From Raillietiella orientalis (taxonomy: Eukaryota), in the NCBI GenBank assembly GCA_036172245.1, contig JAYWIR010000022.1, forward strand, positions 2,108,001-2,172,000: a DNA stretch of 64,000 nt, given 5' to 3'. Below the pieces are notes generated by a model, which saw nothing but the letters and a program-made list of their open reading frames with translations, was not told where the DNA came from and made no database searches. Shown here in pieces: positions 61,450 through 64,000 of this stretch; the stretch's first letter is position 1, and the number at the start of each line of letters is the position of its first letter. The position numbers and the translations under genes are program-made.

Positions 61450-64000
61450 GTCGCTTTCCTTTGGCACCCCGGAAAGGCGTCCGGGATCACTGAAGAACGC
61501 GAGGGGAAGAGGAGGAGACTCGTCCGAGCTGAAATCCAAGGGAGATTCCTGACGATGTTGCACTGATGGAGGAGGACCGGGTCGGGAGCTTAGCCGGGGG
61601 ACAGCACATGGCAGCCTTCCTCGAAATACCTCGGATCCTTTTCCCTCTCTCTCTCTCTCTTTTTTGTCTTTTTTTTTGTTTTTTGTTTTTTTTTTTTACA
61701 GAGTGCGCCGCGGTGGCGTGGTGCAGCGGCGTCCGCTGCCCGATGGCTTAGGCACGTCACTACCCGGAGCGCGAGATGTTCGGAGGCACGTCATCGCACT
61801 CTGGCGAACGGCGTTCTCTCCTCGTAGCCGCGCGAGAGAGTCGCTGGTTACCGAGGAGCTCCGGTTCGCAAAAGTTTCCAGAAACCACGGGCTGTGGGGG
61901 GGGGACCTCTCCCCCGGGAGTGAGGTTCACCCGGGCACGGTCTTCCTCCCGACGCGGTAGGAAGGACAGCCGCCGCAGTGAACTCCGAGACCTCGATGCA
62001 CACCAACTGAGCGCCCGCCGCGACAACCGCTCGGCACGCACGCACCAAACTGCCGCCCGATCCGCTCCGACCTCTCCATCTCGGCATCTCGGCAGCATCG
62101 CCCCGAGGCACTTCCATCTGTCGAAAAAATCGGCTTCCTCTTTAAACCACCGAAAAATTTCTCTGGGAGGAGGAGGAAGGGGAGGGAGGGGTGCGAATAA
62201 TCGACGGAAAGTCTTTTCCTTCGCTTTTGTTTTCGCTAAACGAAAACACGCGATCGTCTCCAGCGGGAAGCGGGCGCTTCTGTGCGCAGCGAGAAAAGAG
62301 GGGAAGGAAGGAAGGAATGCGTTCCGCGGGTGTCTGTTCCCAACCCCTGCGATCTGTCCGAAGGGATCCGCATCGGGTATCACAAGGTGCGGATGCGACC
62401 GATTGCCGCGAATTTCTCCTGTGCCTTCCGATTCGGTTCTCCCGACAAAAGGGGGGAGGGAGAAAACGCAGCAGCTTTACTGACACACGGGAAGTTCTCT
62501 CCTCCTCCCCCCTTCATTCGTCACTCGAGTTTCTGCGGATCGTGTTCGCTCTTTTTTGTCTCCTCGAAGGCTCGCAGAAATCTCTGCGGACTTGATTTCA
62601 GATTTTCCTTTTGAATAAGAGTTCTGGAAGCAAAAATTTTCCGTCCAGGCGCACTTCTTTTTTTTTTTTTTTTTTTTCCATTTCGCTTACCTCTTTGTGT
62701 GTGCGTGCGTGTGTGTTTTGTTTCGTAAAGACCACTGGATTCCAGGAGCAAGCCCGCGTTGCTGTGATGCGGCTTCGAAATCTCCAGCGATCTGTGCGAT
62801 TCCCTGATTTCGGCGTTTTCCAAGGCGGGAGGAAGATCGGCCGAGACGCTGCCGGCTCCTGGCTGTAGTGGGACAGCGGCAGCACGCGATCCATTTTTCC
62901 CTTCCCCCTTTTCACCGATTTCCATTGCAGGAGCATTTTCGAGGCTGGAATAAGCGAAGGTGGTCGCGTCCACGCACCTGGGGCACACAGCAACGAGGGA
63001 GGAAGAGTACCTTCCTGGGTACACCACACGTAAACCACTCCGACGCGGCACGACGTCCTTTCGTTCGCGGGGGTGGAAAGAGCCCCGGCGCCCTGGGTCT
63101 TTCCTAACGCAGCAGGCAACAATGGCAAACGGGCGGCGCCGCCGTGCCACATTGTCGCTCCATTGTTTGCTCTATTTTGGTCACCTGACAAAAATAGCAG
63201 CGCTGAAGCCGTAGGCCTAGTCCGAAGGCCCGGTGCTGGTCGCAGCCATCTTGGAGTGCGCATCCCCAGGAGGCGCGCAAGACGGTAGGCACTTCGAATG
63301 CCACACAAACCAAACGGAAACGATGCGCGCCCGCCCTAAAACTCTTGGAAAAGGTCAGCATGTGCAGCAGCGCATCGCACTGGGCTCCGAAAAACGCCGA
63401 AAGAAGAAGGAAGAAGAGACGATTGCATTCCAGCATTTCCATGTTCGTTAAACACGAGGTCAGAGAGCCATAAGTTCCTTGAATTCTTTAAAAATGAAAC
63501 CTAGCCGCACATTCCACCCACCGCCACCACCACCCTTCTCCTCATCGCGGTGCATTTGGATTCAGAGAGACGCAATTCTTTCATCTATTTAAAAAAAGCT
63601 GCTCCTCCAATAAAAGAATAACCCATCGGAAGCTTAGAGCTAATATGATCCGAGCAAACTTTTGTTGAATAATTCAAACCAGATTCCATCGCACGCTAGC
63701 ATAGTAGTAACACTAATGCAAATAAATTGGATCAATCACGGAATTTTTTCGTCCAACGCATCCTTAGAGGAAAAAGGAAAAAGAAGGAATGGTGTTCAGC
63801 GGTGAACCGAAATTCCCCCTCCGATTCTCTCTTGCGCAGAAACACTAACCGTTTTTCCTTTCGGAACAAACAAGTAGTGTGAAAGATGAAGCGCTGCCAT
63901 CCCCAGCAACGAAGGCGAGGATGCTGGGTGCCGTTTCAACAGATTGCTTCTTTCGGCTTCGGATTCCGCCTGGGAATTCCACTTTCACTGGAGTTAAAGT

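Noticed and set aside
1..64000. Prokaryotic operon, defence system, rRNA or tRNA genes
   Set aside because: Spliceosomal introns, microsatellites and metazoan genes show animal nuclear DNA. No structural RNA gene was recognised by eye.

Overview
Eukaryotic (animal, probably arthropod or another protostome), GC-rich, intron-containing DNA. Most ORFs in the supplied track are spurious. Two real genes were reconstructed by hand, both on the minus strand. (1) An odd-skipped family five-C2H2-finger transcription factor, sob/bowl type (56843-61449+, 3 coding exons). (2) An animal haem peroxidase-family gene (40256-50973+) with at least 19 phase-compatible exons. Its distal catalytic residues are replaced and it has Gly/Tyr-rich tails at both ends, making it a candidate secreted pseudo-peroxidase or cross-linkable structural protein. 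Positions ~1-40000 are a retrotransposon graveyard: several 5'-truncated copies of an L1/Tx1-like LINE that end in a conserved CCGG-N5-CCGGGTG hairpin instead of a poly(A) tail, relics of BEL/Pao, Ty3/gypsy, RNase-H-bearing and Tc1-like elements, an unclassified ~0.7 kb dispersed repeat, a near-identical ~440 bp inverted repeat pair, minisatellites, and two sharply bounded G-depleted tracts that look like strand-specific G-to-A hypermutation. No rRNA, tRNA or CRISPR array was recognised. All similarities were judged by eye; no database searches were run.
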